Assembly (NCBI GenBank): GCA_003858585.1
Contig: RQZE01000001.1
Span: 60,001-92,000, forward strand
Origin: Erysipelotrichaceae bacterium OH741_COT-311
GTDB taxonomy: Bacteria > Bacillota_I > Bacilli_A > Erysipelotrichales > Erysipelotrichaceae
Direction: 5' to 3'
DNA: 32,000 bases
Below the pieces are notes generated by a model. It was not told the DNA's origin. It did not search any database and saw only the letters and a program-made list of their open reading frames with translations. How positions within the stretch are numbered: position 1 is the stretch's first letter; every line of letters begins with the position of its first letter. This document shows, in pieces, positions 8,232 to 16,304 of this stretch. Made by a program: the position numbers and the translations under genes.

Positions 8232-9518
8232 TTATTCTATATAATTGTTATTATTCATCTTATCATCCAGTTCTTCTTTTGTAAATTCCATTTTTTCAAT
8301 TCGATCAAAACGTTTGATCAATTTACTTGAAGTCGTTGTAATTTTTTCAAAATCTTGATTCATATTTATAAAACGTTTATTTAAATCACTAAAACGAGTA
8401 TCAAAGCGTTTAAATTCTACAGCTAAGTCATTCAGTACCTGTTGAATGACTTCGACTTGTTTATTACGTTGTTGTCCGATATAAATCGCTTTAATCGCTG
8501 TTATATAAGCCATTAATGTTGTTGGTGAAACAATATAGACATGATATTGATAAGACAGTTGTACCAATTCATCAAAATTACCAAAGATTTCAGCAAAGAT
8601 TGCCTCAGCTGGTATAAACATAAATGCAATTTCAGCTGTTTCCCCTTGTATAATATATTTATCATGAATATCCTTTAGATGCTTCTTTACATCACTAGCA
8701 AACTGTCCACGTGCTTGTAATCTTGCCTTTTCATCTAAAGATTGATTGTACATTTTATTATAATTTTCAAAAGGAAACTTTGAATCAATCATAATTTTAC
8801 CCAATGGCTCAGGTGCAAAAATCACACAATCTGCAACCTTATCATTGCTTAGCTTATACTGACGCTGATACAGTTTTTGATTATCACCAAAACTATTATT
8901 TAAAATAGTATATAATTCCACTTCTCCATAAGTTCCCCTACTTTTTTTATCTAATAAGATATTTTGTAATGAAGTAATCTCATTGGATAATGTATTTAAA
9001 TTCTTTTGTGTTTCATCAATACGTGTAATCTGTTGCATTAAATCGTTAAATGTTTTTGACGTAGATTCAAACCCTTTTGATAATGATTCATTTACCTTAT
9101 GTTCAATATTCATTAATTTATTAAATGTTGACTCATTTAATTTATGAAAATCAGACTTTAAAGAATCTGTCATTAAACCTTGAAACTTCATTAAATTAGT
9201 ACTTGTTACATCCTGTATGGTTGTTAAAGAATCATTTACCTTTTTTTCTAATGTAAAAAGACGATTCATTGTCGTTTCATTTAATTGATGTAAATCTTTT
9301 TTCAATGCATCATTCATCGTAGATTGAAACAGCAATAAATCTTGACTCATTTTTTCCTTTAACTCGTGAATTTGATTGGATTTCATCTGTGTTTCTTTAT
9401 TCATCAATTCTTGTAAAAATAATTGTTGTTTTAAACGACTACTATTTAAAAAATAAATAAGTACAAGAATCATTAATACAAACGCTACCCCTATCATTAT
9501 GATTCCATATTCATTCAT
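8232..9518 (-). CDS. rmuC: DNA recombination protein RmuC
   Basis: It has an N-terminal TM segment and a coiled coil. The C-terminal RmuC nuclease-like region is 'KSRGTYGEVELYTIL ... DCVIFAPEP..IMIDSKFPFENY'. The start was moved to the ATG at 9518 because the GGAGGTG SD lies inside the first codons of the tracked ORF. Confidence 0.9.
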   Translation of the reverse strand: MNEYGIIMIGVAFVLMILVLIYFLNSSRLKQQLFLQELMNKETQMKSNQIHELKEKMSQDLLLFQSTMNDALKKDLHQLNETTMNRLFTLEKKVNDSLTTIQDVTSTNLMKFQGLMTDSLKSDFHKLNESTFNKLMNIEHKVNESLSKGFESTSKTFNDLMQQITRIDETQKNLNTLSNEITSLQNILLDKKSRGTYGEVELYTILNNSFGDNQKLYQRQYKLSNDKVADCVIFAPEPLGKIMIDSKFPFENYNKMYNQSLDEKARLQARGQFASDVKKHLKDIHDKYIIQGETAEIAFMFIPAEAIFAEIFGNFDELVQLSYQYHVYIVSPTTLMAYITAIKAIYIGQQRNKQVEVIQQVLNDLAVEFKRFDTRFSDLNKRFINMNQDFEKITTTSSKLIKRFDRIEKMEFTKEELDDKMNNNNYIE

Positions 9519-9545
9519 CACCATCACCTCCACAAAATTATAACA

Positions 9546-9983
9546 TTAAAAGTACTCATAGTATTTACTATTCCAATACAATTTATCTAAAAAAACTTTA
9601 GCACGCTGATATTGTTTTTTTATAACACGATAATTTTCAAAAATATGAATTTCTAAACCATTGATAAAGATTATAGCTGTAACATCATCATCTATTTTAT
9701 AAATAGATTTAATAAACATAATATTTAATAGTATACAAGATTCATTTTTAATCGCTCTTGTAGGTAAAAATACATGATCATCATTAACATAAACAATCGG
9801 TTTTTGAATCCATGAGGTTAAATGACGATAACTTGCAATACGACCTTCATAATTTCCACCAAAACTAAGACATAAATTATTAAGATACTTTAATAACTTC
9901 TTGTTTAACACGGTTTCTTTTCCATTATGGTTATAAATGAATAATAAGCCTTGTTTTGTTTTTATATAAAATATACAATTCAC
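9546..9983 (-). CDS. comK: ComK-family competence transcription factor homolog
   Basis: It is collinear with my recollection of B. subtilis ComK. Our 'LCLSFGGNYEGR...KPIVYV...VFLPTRAIKNESCILLN...FINGLEI' lines up with 'SCRFFGSSYAGR...KPPIMV...FLFPTLSSTRPQCGWIS...FSNGKTM'. The start is GTG, with the SD 'AAAGGAAG' 5 nt upstream. Confidence 0.65.
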   Translation of the reverse strand: MNCIFYIKTKQGLLFIYNHNGKETVLNKKLLKYLNNLCLSFGGNYEGRIASYRHLTSWIQKPIVYVNDDHVFLPTRAIKNESCILLNIMFIKSIYKIDDDVTAIIFINGLEIHIFENYRVIKKQYQRAKVFLDKLYWNSKYYEYF

Positions 9984-10032
9984 ATTGACTTCCTTTCCTA
10001 CTTATATACTATGATAGAAATAAAGATTGTAA

Positions 10033-10488
10033 TTACTTACAACCTTTGCATCCTCCACAACCACCTTGTAGATCATTCATATTTACATTTTCATAACGTG
10101 TTGTATCAATCGCCATACATTCGATTTCAATTAAAGAACCCTTTGGTAATGCCTTTACTTCCACACAGCTACGCGCCGGATAGGGATGAGTAAAATATTC
10201 TTGATAAATCGCATTAACTTTATCAAACATGCTTAAATCAGTCATAAAGATTGTTGTTTTTACAATATGTCTTAAATCTAAGTTGATTTCTAATAATAAA
10301 GCACGAATGTTATTAATCACTTGCTTTGTCTGGGACTCAATGTCTTCAAACTCAACTTTATTACTGATTGGGTTTAGTGGGATTTGACCCGATAGATATA
10401 TAAAATCACCTAACTTGATACAAGGTGAATATGGTCCTATCGCCTTAGGAGCATTTGGAGAATATATTACTTCAATAAAATCCATCAT
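10033..10488 (-). CDS. ridA: RidA/YjgF-family reactive-intermediate deaminase with a Cys-rich C-terminal tail
   Basis: The motifs 'APKAIGPYSP...GQIPLNP...ARSCVEVKALPKGSLIEIE' are canonical RidA. About 24 extra residues follow, ending in 'GGCGGCKGCK'. Confidence 0.9.
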   Translation of the reverse strand: MMDFIEVIYSPNAPKAIGPYSPCIKLGDFIYLSGQIPLNPISNKVEFEDIESQTKQVINNIRALLLEINLDLRHIVKTTIFMTDLSMFDKVNAIYQEYFTHPYPARSCVEVKALPKGSLIEIECMAIDTTRYENVNMNDLQGGCGGCKGCK

Positions 10489-10508
10489 AAAATAATGGTC
10501 CCTTTCTA

Positions 10509-10667
10509 CTAATCATTATCTTCAAAATCATTATAGTAATCATCTTCTAGTTGTTTAAAATACTTTGCATAGGATTTTAAGAATTCATCTAAAGCATATT
10601 TTCCTATAATCAGTAAAATCACACCAATTACGACTAAAGACATTAAATCATTGATATGTTCAACCAT
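10509..10667 (-). CDS. Small (52 aa) predicted membrane protein with an acidic tail, not in the ORF track
   Basis: The minus strand reads TAGGAGGTATCT-ATG, so the SD AGGAGG overlaps the uvrC stop. The translation is MVEHINDLMSLVVIGVILLIIGKYALDEFLKSYAKYFKQLEDDYYNDFEDND*. It fills the otherwise empty 187-nt uvrC-ridA gap. Confidence 0.5.
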   Translation of the reverse strand: MVEHINDLMSLVVIGVILLIIGKYALDEFLKSYAKYFKQLEDDYYNDFEDND

Positions 10668-10676
10668 AGATACCTC

Positions 10677-12431
10677 CTATAACTCATGTATAGTATTATA
10701 CAACATTTCTGCCACTTTTGCTGGTAAAACCTCTTGTAGTTGTTGTAAAGAAGCTTCTTTCATCTGTTTAAAACTTTGAAAATGTTGCATTAACATTTTT
10801 TTACGTTTTGGACCAATCCCTTCAATTTCATCTAATATAGATTTGGTTTGATAGGCACTACGTAATTTCTTGTGATAAGAAATCGCTACACGATGCACTT
10901 CATCTTGCATACGAGTTAATAAAAAGAAAACATCACTTTTGGGATCTATTGATATCTCTTTTAAGTCTTCGTCAATTAAACAACTTGTACGATGATACTC
11001 ATCTTTACTTAGTCCAACTACTTTAATATCCAAATCAAAAGCTTGAACAACCTTACAAGCTACTTGAACTTGATGTTTTCCTCCATCTACAATAATAAGA
11101 TCGGGCTTTTCCAATTCTTCTTTTAATACACGTAAATAACGACGATATAATACCTCATACATATTCTTCAAGTCATCCCCTTGATTGGATACTTTATAAT
11201 GACGATAGTCTTTCTTACTTTCTACTCCATTGCGATACACAACACATGCTGCAACTGCAAAACTTCCTTGTGTATGTGAGTTATCAAATATTTCGATATG
11301 ATCTACAGGATGATTCAGTAAAGCTTGTAACTGCATAAATGAATCTAGTCGTTTTTGTTCATTAAGTGATATAACTTTAAAATTTTGATTTAAATTGATG
11401 ATTGCATTTTTATAACATAAATCCAATAATTTTTTATATTTTCCTTTGGTAGGCATCATGATTTTTGTTAGTAACGCTTCTTGTAAATCTGTATAATCAT
11501 AATTTGGTAAAACTAAGGTTTTTACCATTGGATTTTTTTGATAATATTGCATGATAAACGAAACAAATTGTTCTACTTCATCACTAAAAATAGGATTTAA
11601 TGAAAACGTCTTTTCTAATAATTTTCCATTACGAACAAATAATCCACAGATTGCAATATATCCATGTTCACAATAATAATGAAACACATCCACATCTTCC
11701 TTACTTTGATAATCAACATGTTGCTTTAAACTGATATGTTGAATCGAATTTAATAACTGATGACATTCACTCGCCTTTTCGTATTGAAGCTCATCGATAC
11801 TTTTTTGCATCAAATTTGTTAATTCCTTTTGTAATTCACTAGTATCACCCTTTAAAAATCGAGTGATTTGTTCAACCATGTTATCAATGACTTCTTCTTT
11901 TATGGCATATTGACAAGGTCCTAAACATTGTTTCATATGATAATATAGACATACTTTCTTAGGCATAACCTTACACTTACGTGTTGGATAGATCTTATCT
12001 AACAATTCAATTGTTTTACGAGCTGCCAATGCATCTGGATAAGGACCAAAATACGTTGCATTTGCACTTCTTTTTTTATCACGCACAACTTGAATTTTAG
12101 GATAATTATGATCCATAGATAGTTTAATATATGGATAAGTTTTATCATCCATAAACATTATATTATAACGTGGACGATGCTTTTTTATTAAATTAATCTC
12201 TAATAACAACGCATCTTTTTCACTGTTTGTAACGATATAATCAAAATCAGCAATTTGACTCACCAATTTTCCTGTTTTATATTCATGTGCACCTTGAAAA
12301 TACTGATTTACACGAAGTTTCAGTTTTTTGGCTTTTCCAACATAAATAATCTTCCCACTACTATCCTTCATTAAGTAACAGCCAGGCAATAGTGGAAGTG
12401 TCTCTAATTTTAATTTTAATTCGTTAGTCAT
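10677..12431 (-). CDS. uvrC: Excinuclease ABC subunit C
   Basis: 584 aa. It has the GIY-YIG N-terminus 'GCYLMKD..GKIIYVGKAKKLKLRVNQYF', a UVR domain, an endonuclease V-like domain and a C-terminal HhH ('IEGIGPKRKKMLMQHF'). Confidence 0.97.
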   Translation of the reverse strand: MTNELKLKLETLPLLPGCYLMKDSSGKIIYVGKAKKLKLRVNQYFQGAHEYKTGKLVSQIADFDYIVTNSEKDALLLEINLIKKHRPRYNIMFMDDKTYPYIKLSMDHNYPKIQVVRDKKRSANATYFGPYPDALAARKTIELLDKIYPTRKCKVMPKKVCLYYHMKQCLGPCQYAIKEEVIDNMVEQITRFLKGDTSELQKELTNLMQKSIDELQYEKASECHQLLNSIQHISLKQHVDYQSKEDVDVFHYYCEHGYIAICGLFVRNGKLLEKTFSLNPIFSDEVEQFVSFIMQYYQKNPMVKTLVLPNYDYTDLQEALLTKIMMPTKGKYKKLLDLCYKNAIINLNQNFKVISLNEQKRLDSFMQLQALLNHPVDHIEIFDNSHTQGSFAVAACVVYRNGVESKKDYRHYKVSNQGDDLKNMYEVLYRRYLRVLKEELEKPDLIIVDGGKHQVQVACKVVQAFDLDIKVVGLSKDEYHRTSCLIDEDLKEISIDPKSDVFFLLTRMQDEVHRVAISYHKKLRSAYQTKSILDEIEGIGPKRKKMLMQHFQSFKQMKEASLQQLQEVLPAKVAEMLYNTIHEL

Positions 12432-12432
12432 A

Positions 12433-14745
12433 CTATTTTAAGTTAACAACGGTAGCTCCTGCTCCACCTTGATATACACTTGCCATTTCAAAGGATGCAA
12501 CATGTTTTTGTTGTTTCAAATACGTTTGAATAGCGTTACGTAAAATTCCACTACCTACTCCATGTATGATTAAAACACTACTCGCTTTTTGAATAATTGC
12601 ATCATCCAAATATTTACTTAAAGTCATCAGAGCCTCTTCCACACGCATTCCAATTAAATTACACTCTAAGGAAAATGAAGTAACTTGTCTTTGTACTTTA
12701 TTAGCACTACGATGAACTTCTTGTTTCTTGATAGGTGCTTTTGATGGCAATAGTTGATCAATCTTCGTACTTACTTTCATACCATTAATATTAACAATTA
12801 CATTTTTACGATTAATTGAAAGTATTTGTCCTACTTGATTCGATTGTTTTAATTTCACAAAATCATTCACTTTTAACTCTACTTCTTCTTGCTGATGTTC
12901 TTCTACAGTATCCTCTTCTAATTGTTCAATTTCTTTTTGTAATTGAATTACTTCATGTAACTTTAAACTATTTTGTTGTTGCTTTAACTTTTCCAATAAA
13001 GCATTGGCTTCTTCTTGTTTTTCTTTCATCAATACATCTGCTTCTTGCTTAGCCTTATCTAACACTTGTTGTCGTTTTAATTCGATTAACTTTAATTGGT
13101 GAGCTAAGTCTTTTGCTTGTTCATCAAGACGCTGTTGCTGTTGCACTAATTCATCTTTTAGGATTTGATTTTCAACTAACTCCTTCTCCAGATTACTAAT
13201 TAATTGATCTTGATAGGTAACTTCTTCATCCATAATACGATAGGCATCTATTACAATTTCCTGATCAATGCCATACTTACCGGCAATACTTAACGCATTA
13301 GACTGACCTAAAAGACCTTCTGCAAATTTATACGTAGGCTCTAATGTATCGTGATTAAATTGCACAGAAGCTAACAAGATATCAAAATGGGCTTTGCCAT
13401 AATTTTTAAGTTGTCCATAATGTGTTGTAATAGCGGTTAAACATTGTTTTTTACGTAAATAGTTTAAAATCGCAATAGCCAAAGCTTGCCCCTCTTTCGG
13501 ATCTGTTCCTGTTGCCAATTCATCTAATAAAACAAACGATTTACTTGTTACATGTTGTAAGATATAAGCTAATTTCTTTAGATGTGAAGAAAATGTAGAT
13601 AAGGATTCACTAATGGATTGATCATCCGTTAAATCAACATAAACTTCATCAAACAACGGTACCTTAGCCTCACTACATAAAACAGGTATCGCAAGATAAG
13701 TCATCAACGTAAATAAACCAAGTATTTTTAAAGTAACTGTCTTTCCACCTGTATTAGAACCTGTAATTAATAGACATGTGTAAGGTTTTTCAATACGATA
13801 GGTATTCGATACTACTTTCTTTGGATCAATTAAAGGATGACGTGCTTCTTTAAAATACAAATGATTATTCGCTGATAATTCTGCAAGAATACCATCATGA
13901 CGTATACCATATTGTGCTTTAGCAAAAATCGCATCCAATACTGCCATCGTATCTAAATTATTCAGAAAATCAGAAGCATGTGGTGAAACAAGATTTGTCA
14001 CTTCAATGATAATACGCTTTATTTCATCTTCTATTTGATACAAAATACTTTGTTTGCGATTATTTAATGGAACTAAAATGCTAGGCTCAACATAGGATGT
14101 TAAACGACTGGCACTTTCATCATGCACAAAACCACCATATGAATTCTTATCGGTATTCTTCATTAAAATAACAACACGATTATTACGAGAAGAAATAATA
14201 CCATCTTGGACACTTTTTTCATGTTCCCTAACAAATTTACTGGCAACCTGTTGAATTTGACTTTCCACCTTATTTAATTCCATGCGTAAATGCTTTAATT
14301 CTTTACTTGCACTATCTAAAATATCACCATAAGGAGAGAAACATTGTTCAATTTTATTTGCTACCGTTAGATCCATATGTAAGGTGTCTACCAATTCCTT
14401 AATATAAAAACTAGGTTCTTCTATTTTTTTCATATAAGCAATCATAGCTTTTGCACCATAAATATGTTGATAAATATCATAAAATTCACTTGGTGTAAGA
14501 GAAATTCCTTTTCCAACTCTTTTTAAATTATCACGAATATCTTTAATTCCATAAAATGGCATCGCATCATACTTTCTTACAAACATTAATGCTTCTTTTA
14601 CACGATGATGATTTAGTTTAATCATTATAGGATGAAATAAAATTTCTTCCTCAATAACATAATTACGACCAAGTGAAAAATTAGTGTAACTAGCCACTAG
14701 TTGTAATACTTCTTCTAATTCTAACCCATAATATTTTTTATTCAT
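12433..14745 (-). CDS. mutS2: Endonuclease MutS2 (MutS domain, coiled coil, C-terminal Smr)
   Basis: The Walker A motif is 'ITGSNTGGKT'. The C-terminal Smr domain is 'LIGMRVEEAL...IIHGVGSGILR'. The start is taken at the ATG at 14745, which overlaps the cvpA stop as ATGAATAA. Confidence 0.95.
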   Translation of the reverse strand: MNKKYYGLELEEVLQLVASYTNFSLGRNYVIEEEILFHPIMIKLNHHRVKEALMFVRKYDAMPFYGIKDIRDNLKRVGKGISLTPSEFYDIYQHIYGAKAMIAYMKKIEEPSFYIKELVDTLHMDLTVANKIEQCFSPYGDILDSASKELKHLRMELNKVESQIQQVASKFVREHEKSVQDGIISSRNNRVVILMKNTDKNSYGGFVHDESASRLTSYVEPSILVPLNNRKQSILYQIEDEIKRIIIEVTNLVSPHASDFLNNLDTMAVLDAIFAKAQYGIRHDGILAELSANNHLYFKEARHPLIDPKKVVSNTYRIEKPYTCLLITGSNTGGKTVTLKILGLFTLMTYLAIPVLCSEAKVPLFDEVYVDLTDDQSISESLSTFSSHLKKLAYILQHVTSKSFVLLDELATGTDPKEGQALAIAILNYLRKKQCLTAITTHYGQLKNYGKAHFDILLASVQFNHDTLEPTYKFAEGLLGQSNALSIAGKYGIDQEIVIDAYRIMDEEVTYQDQLISNLEKELVENQILKDELVQQQQRLDEQAKDLAHQLKLIELKRQQVLDKAKQEADVLMKEKQEEANALLEKLKQQQNSLKLHEVIQLQKEIEQLEEDTVEEHQQEEVELKVNDFVKLKQSNQVGQILSINRKNVIVNINGMKVSTKIDQLLPSKAPIKKQEVHRSANKVQRQVTSFSLECNLIGMRVEEALMTLSKYLDDAIIQKASSVLIIHGVGSGILRNAIQTYLKQQKHVASFEMASVYQGGAGATVVNLK

Positions 14746-15370
14746 TGTTCTTAGATAAACCATACTTCTTCATTAAATCAAACAGTTCTATTTTTACAGA
14801 CTCATCTTCACTAATCATATTCATTATCTTTTCATTTTTCACAATTTCTTGTGAAGCATATTCAAATACGATATTACTATACTTATTCACATGCTTTAAC
14901 ACCGTATTTTCAACCGTTTCAACACCATTATCAAAAAACGGCATTTTTAACACTGCTGTAAGAATCAATATATAAATAGTTGTGATTACAAATGAAAATA
15001 CCACCCCTAAAATTCCGTTGATAAAATGAATTCCCGGCACTTCTCCAATCTTACGAGCAATTGGCTTAAAGATGAATAAAAATACATTAATAATAATGAC
15101 AATTACAATAAACCATAGCACTTGATTTAATACCGGAGAAACAAGTGATTGAATAAGTGGATTACTACTTATGGTTTCTTTTGGAAATAATTGTATCATC
15201 TTAGAAAATATTGGACTTAAAAACCAAGCCAGTGCTAAAGATAAAAATAAACTGAATAATTCAATCAATAAAACAAAAAAACCTTTTTTATACCCAAAAT
15301 ATAAAGAAATTACATAATATAAAATAATACCCAATGAAATCATTGGAAACCAAGTTTGTTCAATATGCAT
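14738..15370 (-). CDS. cvpA: CvpA-family membrane protein
   Basis: Four TM segments, in a position conserved relative to rnhC and mutS2 as in Bacillus (yshB). The start is taken at the ATG at 15370 (SD 'GAAAGAGGG'). The tracked TTG at 15421 lies upstream of the predicted promoter. Confidence 0.8.
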   Translation of the reverse strand: MHIEQTWFPMISLGIILYYVISLYFGYKKGFFVLLIELFSLFLSLALAWFLSPIFSKMIQLFPKETISSNPLIQSLVSPVLNQVLWFIVIVIIINVFLFIFKPIARKIGEVPGIHFINGILGVVFSFVITTIYILILTAVLKMPFFDNGVETVENTVLKHVNKYSNIVFEYASQEIVKNEKIMNMISEDESVKIELFDLMKKYGLSKNNE

Positions 15371-15392
15371 ACAATAACCCTCTTTCCATAAT

Positions 15393-15421
15393 ATTTTAAC
15401 TAATTTAAAGGTTTTCTGCAA
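15393..15421 (-). promoter_or_regulatory. Putative promoter of the cvpA-mutS2-uvrC string (TTGCAG-17-TAAAAT)
   Basis: The minus strand reads TTGCAG (15421..15416), a 17-nt spacer, then TAAAAT (15398..15393). Confidence 0.4.
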
Positions 15422-15451
15422 ACATATGATATGATAATAAAGGTGATAATC

Positions 15452-16294
15452 ATGACAATAACCTTAACTTTAACAAAAAAAGAAATCGATATTCTCTATC
15501 AAACATTTAAAGAATTCGAATGCAAAAAACCAAAATATGCACTCTATCAACTAAAAGTAGAAAACTGTACCATTACTGCTTATGAATCTTTAAAAGTGGT
15601 TTTTCAAGGAAATGATGCACAAATCTATGCAAGTCGATTTCAATCAAGCGAAACATACTTTGACATACATGCTGGATCTGATGAAGTTGGTACCGGTGAT
15701 TACTTTGGTCCTGTTGTAGTGTGTGCATGCATCTTAACCAAACCTCTTGAAGAACTAAAATTGGATGATTCAAAATCTCTAAGTGATTCTTACATAAAAC
15801 AGATTGCACCAAAAATTATGGAGACAATACCTTATTCGTTACTCATATTAAATAATGAAAAATATAATCAAATAAAAAAAGACAATAACTTAAATGAAAT
15901 AAAAGCTAAAATGCATAATCAAGCTTATATTAATTTAAATAAAAAACATACATTACCTAATTTATGTATTATCGATCAATTTACTCCAAAAGAACTATAT
16001 TTTCGCTATTTAAAAAATGAACCTGCTATTATTACACAACTCCATTTTGAAACAAAAGCTGAAAGTAAGTATCCAGCTGTTGCTGCGGCATCCATTATTG
16101 CTCGTTATACCTTCCTACATTATTGGGATAAAATGGAAGAACATTGGAATTTCAAGTTTCATAAAGGTGCTTCTACACTTGTAAATGAAGACATTATACG
16201 CTTTGTAAAACAACATGGAGATCAAAATTTAAAACATGTAGCAAAATTACACTTTAAAAATACAGAAATAATCAAAAGGCTAGATACACTCTAG
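15452..16294 (+). CDS. rnhC: Ribonuclease HIII
   Basis: The catalytic motif 'GSDEVGTGDYFGP' is present, together with 'DSK.L', 'IDQF' and the 'AASIIAR' region. The start is taken at 15452 behind the SD 'AAAGGTGA'. It is divergent from cvpA, as in Bacillus. Confidence 0.9.
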   Translation: MTITLTLTKKEIDILYQTFKEFECKKPKYALYQLKVENCTITAYESLKVVFQGNDAQIYASRFQSSETYFDIHAGSDEVGTGDYFGPVVVCACILTKPLEELKLDDSKSLSDSYIKQIAPKIMETIPYSLLILNNEKYNQIKKDNNLNEIKAKMHNQAYINLNKKHTLPNLCIIDQFTPKELYFRYLKNEPAIITQLHFETKAESKYPAVAAASIIARYTFLHYWDKMEEHWNFKFHKGASTLVNEDIIRFVKQHGDQNLKHVAKLHFKNTEIIKRLDTL

Positions 16295-16304
16295 CCTTTA
16301 TTTT
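16274..16304. terminator. Bidirectional hairpin between convergent rnhC and the IMPDH gene
   Basis: The hairpin is AAAGGCTAG-atacact-CTAGCCTTT followed by ATTTT. It overlaps the last codons of rnhC and the stop of the IMPDH gene. Confidence 0.55.

Noticed and set aside
8232-9518. RmuC could mark a defence island, since RmuC-domain nucleases occur in some anti-phage systems.
   Set aside because: This is the standard full-length housekeeping RmuC architecture (TM, coiled coil, RmuC domain). It is flanked by core genes, with no partner genes typical of defence systems.
9951-10193. An 80-aa plus-strand ORF spans the comK-ridA junction.
   Set aside because: It is antisense to both genes, has no SD, and its composition is typical of a spurious ORF.
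1879-15451. Longest-ORF starts for several genes: permease (1879), adhesin (8211), rmuC (9533), mutS2 (14763), cvpA (15421, TTG) and rnhC (15431).
   Set aside because: In each case a downstream start has a better-placed SD and/or lies downstream of the predicted promoter. I used those downstream starts, but these calls remain predictions.
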